Source: Candidatus Omnitrophota bacterium
Lineage (GTDB): Bacteria; Omnitrophota; Gorgyraeia; Zapsychrales; JANLHA01
Assembly (NCBI GenBank): GCA_963662715.1
Contig: OY759724.1
Location: 2,650,662 to 2,714,661, forward strand
DNA length: 64,000 nucleotides
Direction of reading: 5' to 3'
This document shows, in pieces, positions 46,082 to 55,381 of the stretch. A model generated the notes under the pieces. It saw nothing but the letters and a program-made list of their open reading frames with translations, made no database searches and had not been told where the DNA came from. The number at the start of each line of letters is the position of its first letter. The stretch's first letter is position 1. The translations under genes and the position numbers were made by a program.

Positions 46082-48913
46082 ATGAGTCAGAATGAATATG
46101 ATAATATCCCGGAAGAAATAAAAAAGTTTCTTCCTGATTTTATCGCTGAAACCGAGGAAAACCTCCGGATTCTCAACGAGAAGTTATTAGCGACAGAAGA
46201 GGCTTATAAAAAAGGAGAGGCCATCAGTGCGGACAATCTTAACAGCCTTTTCCGTGCGGCGCACTCCATTAAAGGAACAGCGTCCTTTGTCGGGTTAAAA
46301 AAGATTGTAGATCTGACTCATAAACTGGAGACAATTCTTCAGAAACTTCGGGATCAGGATCTTGAAGTGGCACCCCCGCTTTTTGATGCGCTTTTTGTCG
46401 CCTTTGATCTGTTGACAAAAATGTTGAAAAAATTGAGGAAGGGGCAGGATGATAAAGTCGATATCGGCCCGGTCGTCGCCGATATCGACCAGATCCTTTC
46501 CACAGTAAAGCATGAACCAGAGGGCGCCGAACTTGCGGAGGAACCCGCAGGCAATGCTCAAGACAAACAAGTCCCGGTTTCCGCCAAGGAGGGGGTAGGG
46601 CCTGAAAGTGTGCTGTCCGAAGAATCCCTGCTGGGGTCCTGCGACCAGCTGCTTTGTCGCTTGCAGGAGCTTCTGGATTCCCTGAAGACAGAGAAGGCCG
46701 ACAGCGGTGTGCCCCGGGAACCCTTGTTGCAGATTTTACAGCAGATATATCGCGTGGCGGTATTCTTGTCTTCTTCTCCTTTGCAGGAATTGACTCAGAA
46801 AATTTTCGTCATTATTTATTCCCGGCCGCAGACCAGCCCCGAGGCTTCCCCTTTCCCCCTGGAGTTGATCTTCAAGAGCCTGGGGGCTTTTCGTCTTATC
46901 CTGGACTCCATGAAATCCAAAAGTCAGCTGAACAAGGATGATCTTAAACAGATTTGCGGGAAGTTGCAGGCTTACATTAAACAGAATGTCAAACAAGACT
47001 TAGATGTGAATATAACGCAGTGGTCCCCTGGCGCGTCTCCGGATACGGCTGAGCCTTTTGAGGATTTTATGCAGTTGAAAAATTTAAATGTCTCGGAAAA
47101 GAATGCGTTATTTGATGCTTTGGATCAAGGTTATGACTTGTTCAAAATTATGAGTGTCATCGCCCAGGATATCCCGGAAAAGGTCATTAAGGTCGTTTTG
47201 ATTGAAGAGAGATTGAAGAAGTGCGGGGTTGTTATTTCCGTTAAGACGTCAGCGAAGAAAATTGAAGGGATCAGTCGGGAAATTGAGGTGGGGGCCTTCC
47301 TGTGTTCCGTTGAGAATGAAACGAATATCCGCAAAGCCCTTATGATTGACGGCGTAAAAGTCAATTCCGTTGAACGCCAGGGCCCGGCGGAACTTAAGGA
47401 TTTTTTGGATCAATATGCCGCCGATCATGCGGAGATTTTCGGGGAAAAGGCGGAAGACCCTGCTGTCCATATGGATAGTGAAGGGGCCCTGCTACCTGAA
47501 AAAGCACCGGATTTCCCGAGGAGGGGCGGGGATCATGATATCTCCATATTGAAAATAGATTCCAGAAAGATTGATAAATTGATGATCCTCTCCGGAGAAC
47601 TTGTCACTATACGGGCCCAGTTCTCCAGGCTGGGGGCGTTGCTTAAAACCGCGATCAGGCAAGGGGACAACTTGAATTCCGTGGTCAATAATTTTTCCGC
47701 ATCTCTGTTGAACCTTCAGAAGGGAATGACGAATATCATAGAAATCGAATCTATAGATAAACGGATTGAAGGAGGGCTGGAATTGGCCAAATTGATCACC
47801 AGCCTGAATGAATCTTTATCGAATATCAAGAGAGACACTTCAGTCAAGGAGACGGCTGAAAACGTTAATTTCCTGGATGAAACGACGAGTCAACTGGAGA
47901 AGGTCGCTTCGGAAATCCAAAGCAGCGTTATGAATGCCCGCATGGTTCCTGTGGAGGGCGTTTTTAACCGTTTTAAGCGGATTATCCGTGATATCGCCAA
48001 AGAAGTCCAGAAAGACGTTGTCTTGGAACTTGAAGGAGAAGAGACCGAATTGGATAAGAAGATTGTTGATGCTTTGGTTGAGCCGCTGACCCATATGATT
48101 CGCAACGCCATCGATCACGGGATAGAGGATAAAGGGACAAGAGTTCAACAGGGCAAGCCGGAAAGCGGTGCGATTCAATTGAAAGCATCACATTTGGGAA
48201 ACAGCATCTGTATTGAGATGGTTGACGATGGGCGGGGTATCGATCTCAACAAGGTCATTAAGACAGCTACCAAAAAGGGATTGATAAACCAGGCGAAGCT
48301 GGAAACTATGACGGAACAGGAAAAGTATGGGTTGATTTTTCTCCCCGGGTTCAGCACAAGTGAACAGATAACAGGGCTGTCCGGCCGTGGCGTGGGCATG
48401 GATTCGGTGAAAAATATGATTAACAGTCTGAACGGGATGATTGATATTAAAAGTGAACCTGGGCAAGGGACGACTTTTGTTATAAAGATCCCGCTCACTC
48501 TTGCTATTATTCAGGCCTTGCTGGTTAAGATCGGTGACTATACGTTTGCCTTCCCGGTGGAAACGGTCGTGGAAATTATTAAAGTGAATATTTCTGATAT
48601 TTATTTGATTGATGGGAATCCGATAGTAAAATTAAGGGAACATGCCCTGAGTTTGGTGGAGTTAAAAAATGTTATTTATGTCCAAGGAAAGGACCGGTCG
48701 AATTACAGCTATTATAACGTGGTGATCATCTCTGACGGGATTAATCGAGTCGGGGTTGTTGTCGATGAGCTGATTGCTAAAGAAGAAATCGTTATTAAAT
48801 CCCTGCCGAACCATTTCGTCAATGTGCAGGGGGTTGCGGGGGCTGCCATTTTGGCCGATGGAAGCATTTCGTTAATACTTGACATACATACAATCATTCA
48901 TTCAACAATGTAA
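46082..48913 (+). CDS. cheA: Chemotaxis histidine kinase CheA (Hpt, long linker, dimerisation, HATPase, CheW-like)
   Basis: The Hpt motif 'RAAHSIKGTASFVGL' and ATPase boxes ('HMIRNAIDHGIE', 'DDGRGID', 'GRGVGMDSVK') are present, with a C-terminal CheW-like domain. Confidence 0.9.
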   Translation: MSQNEYDNIPEEIKKFLPDFIAETEENLRILNEKLLATEEAYKKGEAISADNLNSLFRAAHSIKGTASFVGLKKIVDLTHKLETILQKLRDQDLEVAPPLFDALFVAFDLLTKMLKKLRKGQDDKVDIGPVVADIDQILSTVKHEPEGAELAEEPAGNAQDKQVPVSAKEGVGPESVLSEESLLGSCDQLLCRLQELLDSLKTEKADSGVPREPLLQILQQIYRVAVFLSSSPLQELTQKIFVIIYSRPQTSPEASPFPLELIFKSLGAFRLILDSMKSKSQLNKDDLKQICGKLQAYIKQNVKQDLDVNITQWSPGASPDTAEPFEDFMQLKNLNVSEKNALFDALDQGYDLFKIMSVIAQDIPEKVIKVVLIEERLKKCGVVISVKTSAKKIEGISREIEVGAFLCSVENETNIRKALMIDGVKVNSVERQGPAELKDFLDQYAADHAEIFGEKAEDPAVHMDSEGALLPEKAPDFPRRGGDHDISILKIDSRKIDKLMILSGELVTIRAQFSRLGALLKTAIRQGDNLNSVVNNFSASLLNLQKGMTNIIEIESIDKRIEGGLELAKLITSLNESLSNIKRDTSVKETAENVNFLDETTSQLEKVASEIQSSVMNARMVPVEGVFNRFKRIIRDIAKEVQKDVVLELEGEETELDKKIVDALVEPLTHMIRNAIDHGIEDKGTRVQQGKPESGAIQLKASHLGNSICIEMVDDGRGIDLNKVIKTATKKGLINQAKLETMTEQEKYGLIFLPGFSTSEQITGLSGRGVGMDSVKNMINSLNGMIDIKSEPGQGTTFVIKIPLTLAIIQALLVKIGDYTFAFPVETVVEIIKVNISDIYLIDGNPIVKLREHALSLVELKNVIYVQGKDRSNYSYYNVVIISDGINRVGVVVDELIAKEEIVIKSLPNHFVNVQGVAGAAILADGSISLILDIHTIIHSTM

Positions 48914-48914
48914 A

Positions 48915-49409
48915 ATGGATTTTTATCAAGTCGACCAAAAACTGATCGTGGGGATTGCCGATATAAAAGTTGCAAAGGCTCCCTATGTTATTGAGACCAA
49001 TCTCGGTTCTTGTATTGCCGTCTGTCTGTATGCGCAAGAGGAAAAAGCGGGGGGGATGGTGCATATCATGATGCCTTATGCCGAAGAGAATTCGGAGCAG
49101 GCCCGGCAGAAGAAAGCCAAATATGCCAATACCGCCATCCCGGAACTCATCCATCAAATGAAAATAAAATTTGGAATTGATGCCCAGAAATTAAAAGCCA
49201 AAATGTTCGGTGGCGGAAAAATATTAAAGGATTTTACTATTAATATCGGAGAACTCAATGAACAGGCTTCGCGGGAAGCTCTGCGCCTTGTCGGAATTCC
49301 TATTCTTGCGGCTAAAACCGGCGGGGAGAAGGGGTACCGGGTCGCATTCAATTTGGAAGACGGGAAAGTCCGTTGTCAAAGATTCGGAGATACGATAGAG
49401 GAGTTTTAG
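48915..49409 (+). CDS. cheD: Chemoreceptor glutamine deamidase CheD
   Basis: The region 'KVAKAPYVIETNLGSCIAVCLY' contains the catalytic Cys context of CheD. The start was set at ATG 48915 directly after the cheA stop. Confidence 0.75.
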   Translation: MDFYQVDQKLIVGIADIKVAKAPYVIETNLGSCIAVCLYAQEEKAGGMVHIMMPYAEENSEQARQKKAKYANTAIPELIHQMKIKFGIDAQKLKAKMFGGGKILKDFTINIGELNEQASREALRLVGIPILAAKTGGEKGYRVAFNLEDGKVRCQRFGDTIEEF

Positions 49410-49411
49410 TT

Positions 49412-50014
49412 ATGTTAAACGAGCCAAGAATCAACAAAGCGATTAAAATGGTTGCGAAGTTAAGCATTGATAAGGGGTCTCAGGTTTTTTCGAAACTGAT
49501 CAAGACCGGCGCCCGCATCGATATGGAAAACGCCTTTTTGGGGGATTTAACAACCGTTACGGAAGATATTAACCGCCAGAACACCAGCGTTGTCGGGGCG
49601 ATCATCAACCTGGTCGGGGACGCTAATTTTAAGTTCTTATTTTATGTGCAGATCGAAGACAGTATGATCTTGGCCGACCTAATGCTGAAGCGGGAAGTGG
49701 GGACAACTAAGGAATTTGATATTTACGCTTCCAGCGCTGTGCAGGAAGTGGGAAATATTTTGGCAAGCGCTATTTCCGGGGTTTTTGCGTCGGATTTCAG
49801 CATCAATTTAAAGCCAACACCCCCTGTCGTGATCAACGATTTTGTCGGTTCTCTCTTTCAGGAATTCTTGCTCAGTTCTGTGGGAGAAAAGAATGAAATC
49901 CTTATTATTGAAAGCTGTTTTCACATCGTGCGGAACAATATTCATGCCCACATGTTTTTGCTCCCGTTGGGAGATAGCGAAAAAGTATTAAGTTATATTG
50001 CCAATACTATGTAG
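49412..50014 (+). CDS. CheC-like chemotaxis phosphatase
   Basis: The 'AVQEVGNILASAISG' (E-x2-N) motif is characteristic of CheC/FliY phosphatases. The gene is adjacent to cheD as in Bacillus/Thermotoga systems. Confidence 0.55.
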   Translation: MLNEPRINKAIKMVAKLSIDKGSQVFSKLIKTGARIDMENAFLGDLTTVTEDINRQNTSVVGAIINLVGDANFKFLFYVQIEDSMILADLMLKREVGTTKEFDIYASSAVQEVGNILASAISGVFASDFSINLKPTPPVVINDFVGSLFQEFLLSSVGEKNEILIIESCFHIVRNNIHAHMFLLPLGDSEKVLSYIANTM

Positions 50015-50028
50015 AAACGAGGTGTTTT

Positions 50029-50397
50029 ATGTCCAAAAGAATTGTTATCGTTGATGACGCGCCGATCATCCGCTCGATGCTGAGGGATATCCTGGAACAG
50101 GGGGGCTACGAGGTTATTGCGGAATGTAATAATGGTTTTGAAGCCGTGGAAACCTATCGCGAACTGAATCCCGATCTCCTGACTATGGATATTGTCATGC
50201 CGGAGAAAGACGGCCTGGAGGCTTTGCACGATATCTTGGCCATTGACGGGAACGCCAAGATTGTTATGGTCACAGCTGTTGATCAACGGGTATCCTTAAT
50301 GAAAGCGATTCGGGCCGGTGCGGTGGATTATATCATTAAACCGTTTGAGAGTGAACGGGTCCTGTCTGCCGTCCGGACAGCCTTGGGCGTAGAATAG
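50029..50397 (+). CDS. cheY: CheY-like response regulator (second copy)
   Basis: The REC motifs 'IVIVDDAPIIRSM', 'LLTMDIVMPEKDGLE' and 'IIKPF' are present. Confidence 0.85.
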   Translation: MSKRIVIVDDAPIIRSMLRDILEQGGYEVIAECNNGFEAVETYRELNPDLLTMDIVMPEKDGLEALHDILAIDGNAKIVMVTAVDQRVSLMKAIRAGAVDYIIKPFESERVLSAVRTALGVE

Positions 50398-50406
50398 GAG
50401 GGGCAT

Positions 50407-50805
50407 GTGTTAAAAGCAGCTAAAATTATGACAAAAGAGGTGATCTTTGTTAAGCCGACAACGACATTGCTGGAGGCGATGAGCCTTCTCGTGAAACATA
50501 AAATCAGCGGGTTGCCTGTCGTTGATGATCAGGAAAAAATTGTCGGAATGATAACCGAGAAGGACTTTCTGCAACTGTTGGTGAGTGATTTTATTACAAG
50601 CAACGAACTCGTCGGGGACTATATGTCCAAGGACGTGCAGTTTTTTGGCCCTGAGGACAGTGTTATTTTGATTTGCGATTTTTTCATGAAAATGAATGTC
50701 CGCCGTGTTCCTATTGTTGAAAACGGGAAAATGGTCGGGGTTATCAGCCGCAGAGATATTATTGATTTGATCCTGAAATCTTCCAGATCCAAGACGTCAT
50801 TCTAG
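50407..50805 (+). CDS. CBS-domain pair protein
   Basis: Two CBS motifs are present ('ISGLPVVDDQEKIVGMITEKD' and 'VRRVPIVENGKMVGVISRRD'). Confidence 0.75.
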   Translation: MLKAAKIMTKEVIFVKPTTTLLEAMSLLVKHKISGLPVVDDQEKIVGMITEKDFLQLLVSDFITSNELVGDYMSKDVQFFGPEDSVILICDFFMKMNVRRVPIVENGKMVGVISRRDIIDLILKSSRSKTSF

Positions 50806-50834
50806 GCACCGGTCGATTCGGAGGAAGTTTTCTT

Positions 50835-51521
50835 ATGGCCTATGAATATACGGTGGGTAAAATTTTGAATTTGCGGGAGGAACAGGAAAAAACCCTCAAG
50901 ACACCGTGTTTGAAACCCAATGTTATTTTGCAGGGGATGTATATCACCTTTGATCTTTTTTATGGGCCAAAGCGCACCCTCCCGAAGTTTCTTGTCCTGG
51001 AAATTCTGGCCCGCTACCCTTATTGGGCCTGGGAACAGGGAAGCTATAAAAAACTTTCCCGGATTTATGCTCGCCCCGCACCGGCAGACCAAGAAACGGT
51101 TAAGCAACTGCTGCAGACGATTCAGTTAGGCCGGGACAGCCAGGATAATGAACAGTGGCATATGTTGCTGTTGGCTGATATTATTCAGCAGAAGGGGATC
51201 CGGCTGGGGTGGCTGAAACATGGCCTTCTGCCAAGAATTATGGCCGGTGTCTATTATTGTCTTACTCGTCTTATTTATTGGATTAAGCCTGCCTGGTCGT
51301 TCTCCATGAATGCCGCTTTTGAATCTCATGCCGAACACGAATATATGGCCATGGCTCAGGAAAATACCGGCTGGGACGAGGAAGAAGTACATTCATTCTG
51401 TTTTGCATATTATCCCCGGCAGAACTCCCTGAACGATCTTCTGCGTCGTATCGCTCTTGATGAACGGGATCATATGTTTCATTCTTTGGAAGAACATGAG
51501 CGGTTAACGGGAGGAAGCTGA
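50835..51521 (+). CDS. Alternative-oxidase/PTOX-like diiron carboxylate protein (putative quinol oxidase)
   Basis: The four iron-ligand motifs are spaced as in AOX/PTOX: 'LVLEILARYPYWAWE', 'NEQWHMLLL' (ExxH), 'FESHAEHEYMAM' and 'ALDERDHMFH' (ExxH). Confidence 0.45.
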   Translation: MAYEYTVGKILNLREEQEKTLKTPCLKPNVILQGMYITFDLFYGPKRTLPKFLVLEILARYPYWAWEQGSYKKLSRIYARPAPADQETVKQLLQTIQLGRDSQDNEQWHMLLLADIIQQKGIRLGWLKHGLLPRIMAGVYYCLTRLIYWIKPAWSFSMNAAFESHAEHEYMAMAQENTGWDEEEVHSFCFAYYPRQNSLNDLLRRIALDERDHMFHSLEEHERLTGGS

Positions 51522-51597
51522 TATCGGGGAGGCATGATTTCAGTTGAGGTTGAGCATTTTTGAATTATTAATCTTGCAAGATGACAGGGAGAGTTGA

Positions 51598-51969
51598 ATG
51601 AAAAAAATTTTAGCTGTAGATGATGAACCCGTTGATCTGAAACTGATTCAAGATACGCTCAGGAAAAATAATTACGAGGTCTTGACGGCATCAAACGGGC
51701 CCGAAGGCATAGCCAAAGCCAGGGAGTATCAGCCGGATCTGATTATCATGGATATTCTTATGCCGGGGATGGACGGCACGGAAGCCTACAGCCGTATTAA
51801 AGCCGATCCCCAAACCGAAACTATTCCGGTGCTGTTTTTGACAGCTGTTCTATCAAAAGAGGAGGAGCAGTTAGGCGCCAATATTGAAGAATCTTTTTTC
51901 CATGTTATTGCCAAGCCATTCAATCATCAGGACTTGCTGGCAAGGATTAAAGATATTATTGGCGAATGA
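51598..51969 (+). CDS. Stand-alone receiver domain protein
   Basis: The REC motifs 'ILAVDDEPVDLKL', 'LIIMDILMPGMDGTE' and 'IAKPF' are present. Confidence 0.8.
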   Translation: MKKILAVDDEPVDLKLIQDTLRKNNYEVLTASNGPEGIAKAREYQPDLIIMDILMPGMDGTEAYSRIKADPQTETIPVLFLTAVLSKEEEQLGANIEESFFHVIAKPFNHQDLLARIKDIIGE

Positions 51970-51985
51970 GGGCCAGATAATTATT

Positions 51986-52534
51986 ATGCCTGCACGATTA
52001 TTCCTTTCACGTACGTTGGTTTTGTGTCTTTTCCTGACAACCCTTGTGTCTTCCTTCAACCCGGTCCCGCTCGAGGCATCCGAGGAGAGTTATTACTACA
52101 AACAGGCTCTTAAGCTTGTTAGAGAAGGCCGTTGGGATGCTGCGTATGCTTATTATAATTCTATTTTACGTAATCCCAAGTCCCGGTATTACAAGGTGGC
52201 CTTGTTTGCCAAAGCGGAATATTACATGCTCTCGAAAGATTACCGGGCCGCAAAATTGGCTTGGGAAAACTTCATTGAACAATATCCTGACGCCCCGGAA
52301 ACACTTTTTGTTTATGTCCACTGCTACCGTATTGCCCAAAAGGAACGGGCGTCGGATGTCGCGGAGAATTATAAGCAGAAAATTGTTCAGTCACAACAAT
52401 TGAGTCTTGTTTTCCGGAAATCCAAGAAATTTGATTTTACATCCCCGTTTCTGCACAAATATCAGGCCGTTTACAGTATTGATAAGATAGAATTTTTAAA
52501 AGATGGAATTCCCTTTGAGAAGATACTTTACTAA
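51986..52534 (+). CDS. Secreted TPR-like (YbgF-like) protein
   Basis: A signal peptide ('MPARLFLSRTLVLCLFLTTLVSS') is followed by TPR-like helices ('YYKQALKLVREGRWDAAYAYYNSIL...'). Confidence 0.5.
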   Translation: MPARLFLSRTLVLCLFLTTLVSSFNPVPLEASEESYYYKQALKLVREGRWDAAYAYYNSILRNPKSRYYKVALFAKAEYYMLSKDYRAAKLAWENFIEQYPDAPETLFVYVHCYRIAQKERASDVAENYKQKIVQSQQLSLVFRKSKKFDFTSPFLHKYQAVYSIDKIEFLKDGIPFEKILY

Positions 52535-54482
52535 GTGGTTAGCCGGCATTGCGATCTCGCTGTGTATCTTTCTTCTTATGGCCTCTCTGGGCGTTTCCCT
52601 GGCGATCCGTTTCTGCCGCAAATCTTTTCTGCAGAATATCAACCGACACGTTCCCGGGGTTGAGTGGGATATGGGTGAGGTTTATTATCTGGCTCCGAAT
52701 TATCTTGTGGTCCACGACATCCAAATGCGCCAAGTGTCTTCCGGTAGCCCGGTTCCACTGCTGAGGATCCCCCGGTTGATTCTCAGCTTTTCTCTCTGGG
52801 ATTTCCTGAAATCCCGGGACCTTCATCTTTCTTTTGTCTCGATGAATAAAATGCAGGGTGATTATCTTAAGGCTTGGACGATCCTAAAACATTATGAAAA
52901 GTTTTTGCCTGCCTCCGCGGACACAGACTTTTCCCGCATGAAGATCCGCTTTAAAGACTGCGAGATCAGAAAAAGCAGTGCGGTTGCGGTTTACCCGGAG
53001 GATGGCTATCTCCTTAATGCCGTCCTGTATAAGAGAAAACATAACCTCGAAAGCCGGGGAACGGTCGGTCCGCTTCGGGCAGGGGGTTGGTACAGAGACT
53101 CCGGGTCGGTTTTAAATTTTGAGATGAATCTTGAAATCGGGCAGGGGGCGGGTTTGATTAAGACCTTGAATTTTAAGCACCCTTCCGGAGAAGGCCGCTG
53201 GCAGGGGCATTGGAAAGGCGGGGCCGTGGCCCTCAACGGATACGCTCTGTTCGATACGAGGTCCCCAAGGGACGGCCCGTTTTTGTTTTTGGGCTTGAAA
53301 CGGAGCCGGCCCGCATTTAACCCTGACATTTTTATCCTGGATTTGAACGGAAAATTTCAACTCAAAGAGGCCCGAGTCGATATTGATGCATTTGATTTTA
53401 CTTTAAATTCCATCCCCGTTAACATCCGGGGGGCGGTTTTTCTCTCCCGCAACCCGGCGTCTCAGCTTAACATTCACGTCCAGTCGCCCTTGCTCAAAGG
53501 GTATGTCCGGAGCTGGAATAAAGTGCAGGGGGAAATCAAAACGAAATGGCGGCAAGGGCGTTTCCTGAGCGACGGCGGGATTCAATTCTTATTTGACTCG
53601 GCTGATTTGCCCCCCGGAGAAACCGCGGCTCCGGTCTTATGTGATTTTGCGGGACTGGATTTTGACGGGCAGAATGGTGTCCTGAAATTATCACTGCGGA
53701 AGGCCTTTATACGGAAGAATTTTTCCGGCCGGGACAGGCAGGTTACTTTGAACGATATCCGGATTTTTTGGAATAAACGGCTAAAGGATGTGGCGGTCCT
53801 TGATTTTTCCTCCGGGCTTTATTCGGGAGATGTCAGGGCCCGCGTATGGTTTCTTTCTAAAGAGGACTTTGACGACAGATTATATATCTTGCTGAACATG
53901 AAGGAAGTCCGTTTGGATGAATTTCACAGGGAGGGGACGGAGGGCAGCCGTGTTTCCGGCTCCTTGGCCAGCCGGTGGTTTATCCAGAGTGATCCTGCTT
54001 TTTTAGCGAAAGGGTCCGTGGACTTGGCAGAGGGACAACTGATAAATATAAAGTTCCTGGTTTGGTTTGCGGATGCTTTCGGCTTCAAGGCGATGAAACG
54101 CCTTGCGTATAACCGCCTGTCATGTGCCGCCGTTATCGATCCGGAGGGGCTGCATATTGACAGGCTGAGCCTTATGGCTGATCAGGTGAGTATTCGCGGG
54201 AATTTTTCTGTTTCCAAGGAAAAAATGATTTCGAGCAGGATTTCGGTCATTATTGACCGGCCTTATTTGCAGGAATCTCCTGAATTGTATCAGCTTTTGA
54301 AGGAAACGGCAGAGGAAAATGAAAAGTATAATTTTGAGTTTCAGCTATCCGGATCTTTGGGATCAATGAATTTTCAGTGGCTGCCATCCCGGGTTAAAGA
54401 GGCTATCCAAATAAAGGTCCCTGATTTTGTGGAACGGCGTATTGAAAGAAACATTGACCAGATGATTCAAACCAGACCGTGA
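52503..54482 (+). CDS. Large membrane-anchored hypothetical protein (AsmA-like?)
   Basis: An N-terminal TM anchor is followed by a ~600-aa beta-rich region with no recognised motif. Confidence 0.35.
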   Translation: MEFPLRRYFTKWLAGIAISLCIFLLMASLGVSLAIRFCRKSFLQNINRHVPGVEWDMGEVYYLAPNYLVVHDIQMRQVSSGSPVPLLRIPRLILSFSLWDFLKSRDLHLSFVSMNKMQGDYLKAWTILKHYEKFLPASADTDFSRMKIRFKDCEIRKSSAVAVYPEDGYLLNAVLYKRKHNLESRGTVGPLRAGGWYRDSGSVLNFEMNLEIGQGAGLIKTLNFKHPSGEGRWQGHWKGGAVALNGYALFDTRSPRDGPFLFLGLKRSRPAFNPDIFILDLNGKFQLKEARVDIDAFDFTLNSIPVNIRGAVFLSRNPASQLNIHVQSPLLKGYVRSWNKVQGEIKTKWRQGRFLSDGGIQFLFDSADLPPGETAAPVLCDFAGLDFDGQNGVLKLSLRKAFIRKNFSGRDRQVTLNDIRIFWNKRLKDVAVLDFSSGLYSGDVRARVWFLSKEDFDDRLYILLNMKEVRLDEFHREGTEGSRVSGSLASRWFIQSDPAFLAKGSVDLAEGQLINIKFLVWFADAFGFKAMKRLAYNRLSCAAVIDPEGLHIDRLSLMADQVSIRGNFSVSKEKMISSRISVIIDRPYLQESPELYQLLKETAEENEKYNFEFQLSGSLGSMNFQWLPSRVKEAIQIKVPDFVERRIERNIDQMIQTRP

Positions 54483-54536
54483 CCTTTTACGGAAAAAATA
54501 GTTTTTATATTGATTTAGTTTTATACTTATATTGTC

Positions 54537-54839
54537 ATGGCAGAAAATATGCTGGACCAATCTTCAGAATACTTGAAGTTTCAGCTGGAACAGGCGCAAA
54601 AATGGGAGAGTCTTTGCAGCCGTTGCGGTGCCTGTTGCGGTGTGCTGGACGGCGATCCTTGTCGAAACCTGCAGAAAGGCCCGGACGGACGATATCATTG
54701 CCGTATTTACGAGACAAGGTTCGGCTTGCAGCAGACAAAAGGGGGGCGGCTCTTTCGGTGCGTGCCTATACGGGATATCCTGAACGACTCCTGGCCGGGG
54801 CGGAATCAGTGCCGGTATATCCGGTCCGGGAATTCGTAA
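54537..54839 (+). CDS. YkgJ-family Cys-cluster (zinc/iron-chelating CxxCxxCC) protein
   Basis: The 'CSRCGACCG' motif plus downstream Cys/His residues are typical of the UPF0153/YkgJ family. Confidence 0.5.
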   Translation: MAENMLDQSSEYLKFQLEQAQKWESLCSRCGACCGVLDGDPCRNLQKGPDGRYHCRIYETRFGLQQTKGGRLFRCVPIRDILNDSWPGRNQCRYIRSGNS

Positions 54840-54959
54840 GAGAAAATCATGAAAAATTTTCTTTACACATTGACATTGTACGACTTTCAAGATATAAATT
54901 ATAAGAGGAACAGCCTTATATGGGCAATTGTTCAATAACCAATAAAATGGAGGCATAAC

Positions 54960-55253
54960 ATGGTTGAATACGATGTAGAGCTCATTAAAGAATTTTCGCG
55001 GAGACTATATGCCCAGTCAAAAGCCACGACGATGCGACATTTTTTCATCGGGATATTTTTTGGGGTTATTGTTTTTGGAGCCATTAGTGATGCCTTGTTG
55101 GCTAGTTTTGATGCCTTGATTATTGCGATTGGCGCCATGATAGGTGGGGTTATGGGATATGGCTCTGGCCAGAATCGTTCATTTGAGCTTAAAATGCAGG
55201 CGCAACAAGCACTTTGTCAGGTTCGTATCGAAGAAAATACCCGTAAAAAATAA
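54960..55253 (+). CDS. Small two-TM membrane protein, hypothetical
   Basis: Two hydrophobic helices are present. The gene is followed by a clean terminator. Confidence 0.4.
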   Translation: MVEYDVELIKEFSRRLYAQSKATTMRHFFIGIFFGVIVFGAISDALLASFDALIIAIGAMIGGVMGYGSGQNRSFELKMQAQQALCQVRIEENTRKK

Positions 55254-55302
55254 TTGTGCGATCTGCCTGTTTGATACCTAGATTATTATTTTGAGAGTCT
55301 GA

Positions 55303-55332
55303 AGTCCTGGCTGAAAAGCCAGGACTTTTTTT
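55303..55332 (+). terminator. Rho-independent terminator
   Basis: The hairpin AGTCCTGGCT-gaaa-AGCCAGGACT is followed by T6. Confidence 0.7.
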
Positions 55333-55381
55333 GTCGTCTGCTCTCTGACGTTATTTTTAGCGGAAATAACAGAGTGTCGGT

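Noticed and set aside
54479-54904. 141-aa ORF overlapping the YkgJ-like gene in another frame
   Set aside because: The alternative frame (54537-54839) carries the recognisable CxxCGxCC Cys-cluster family signature. This frame is Arg/Leu-rich with no motif.
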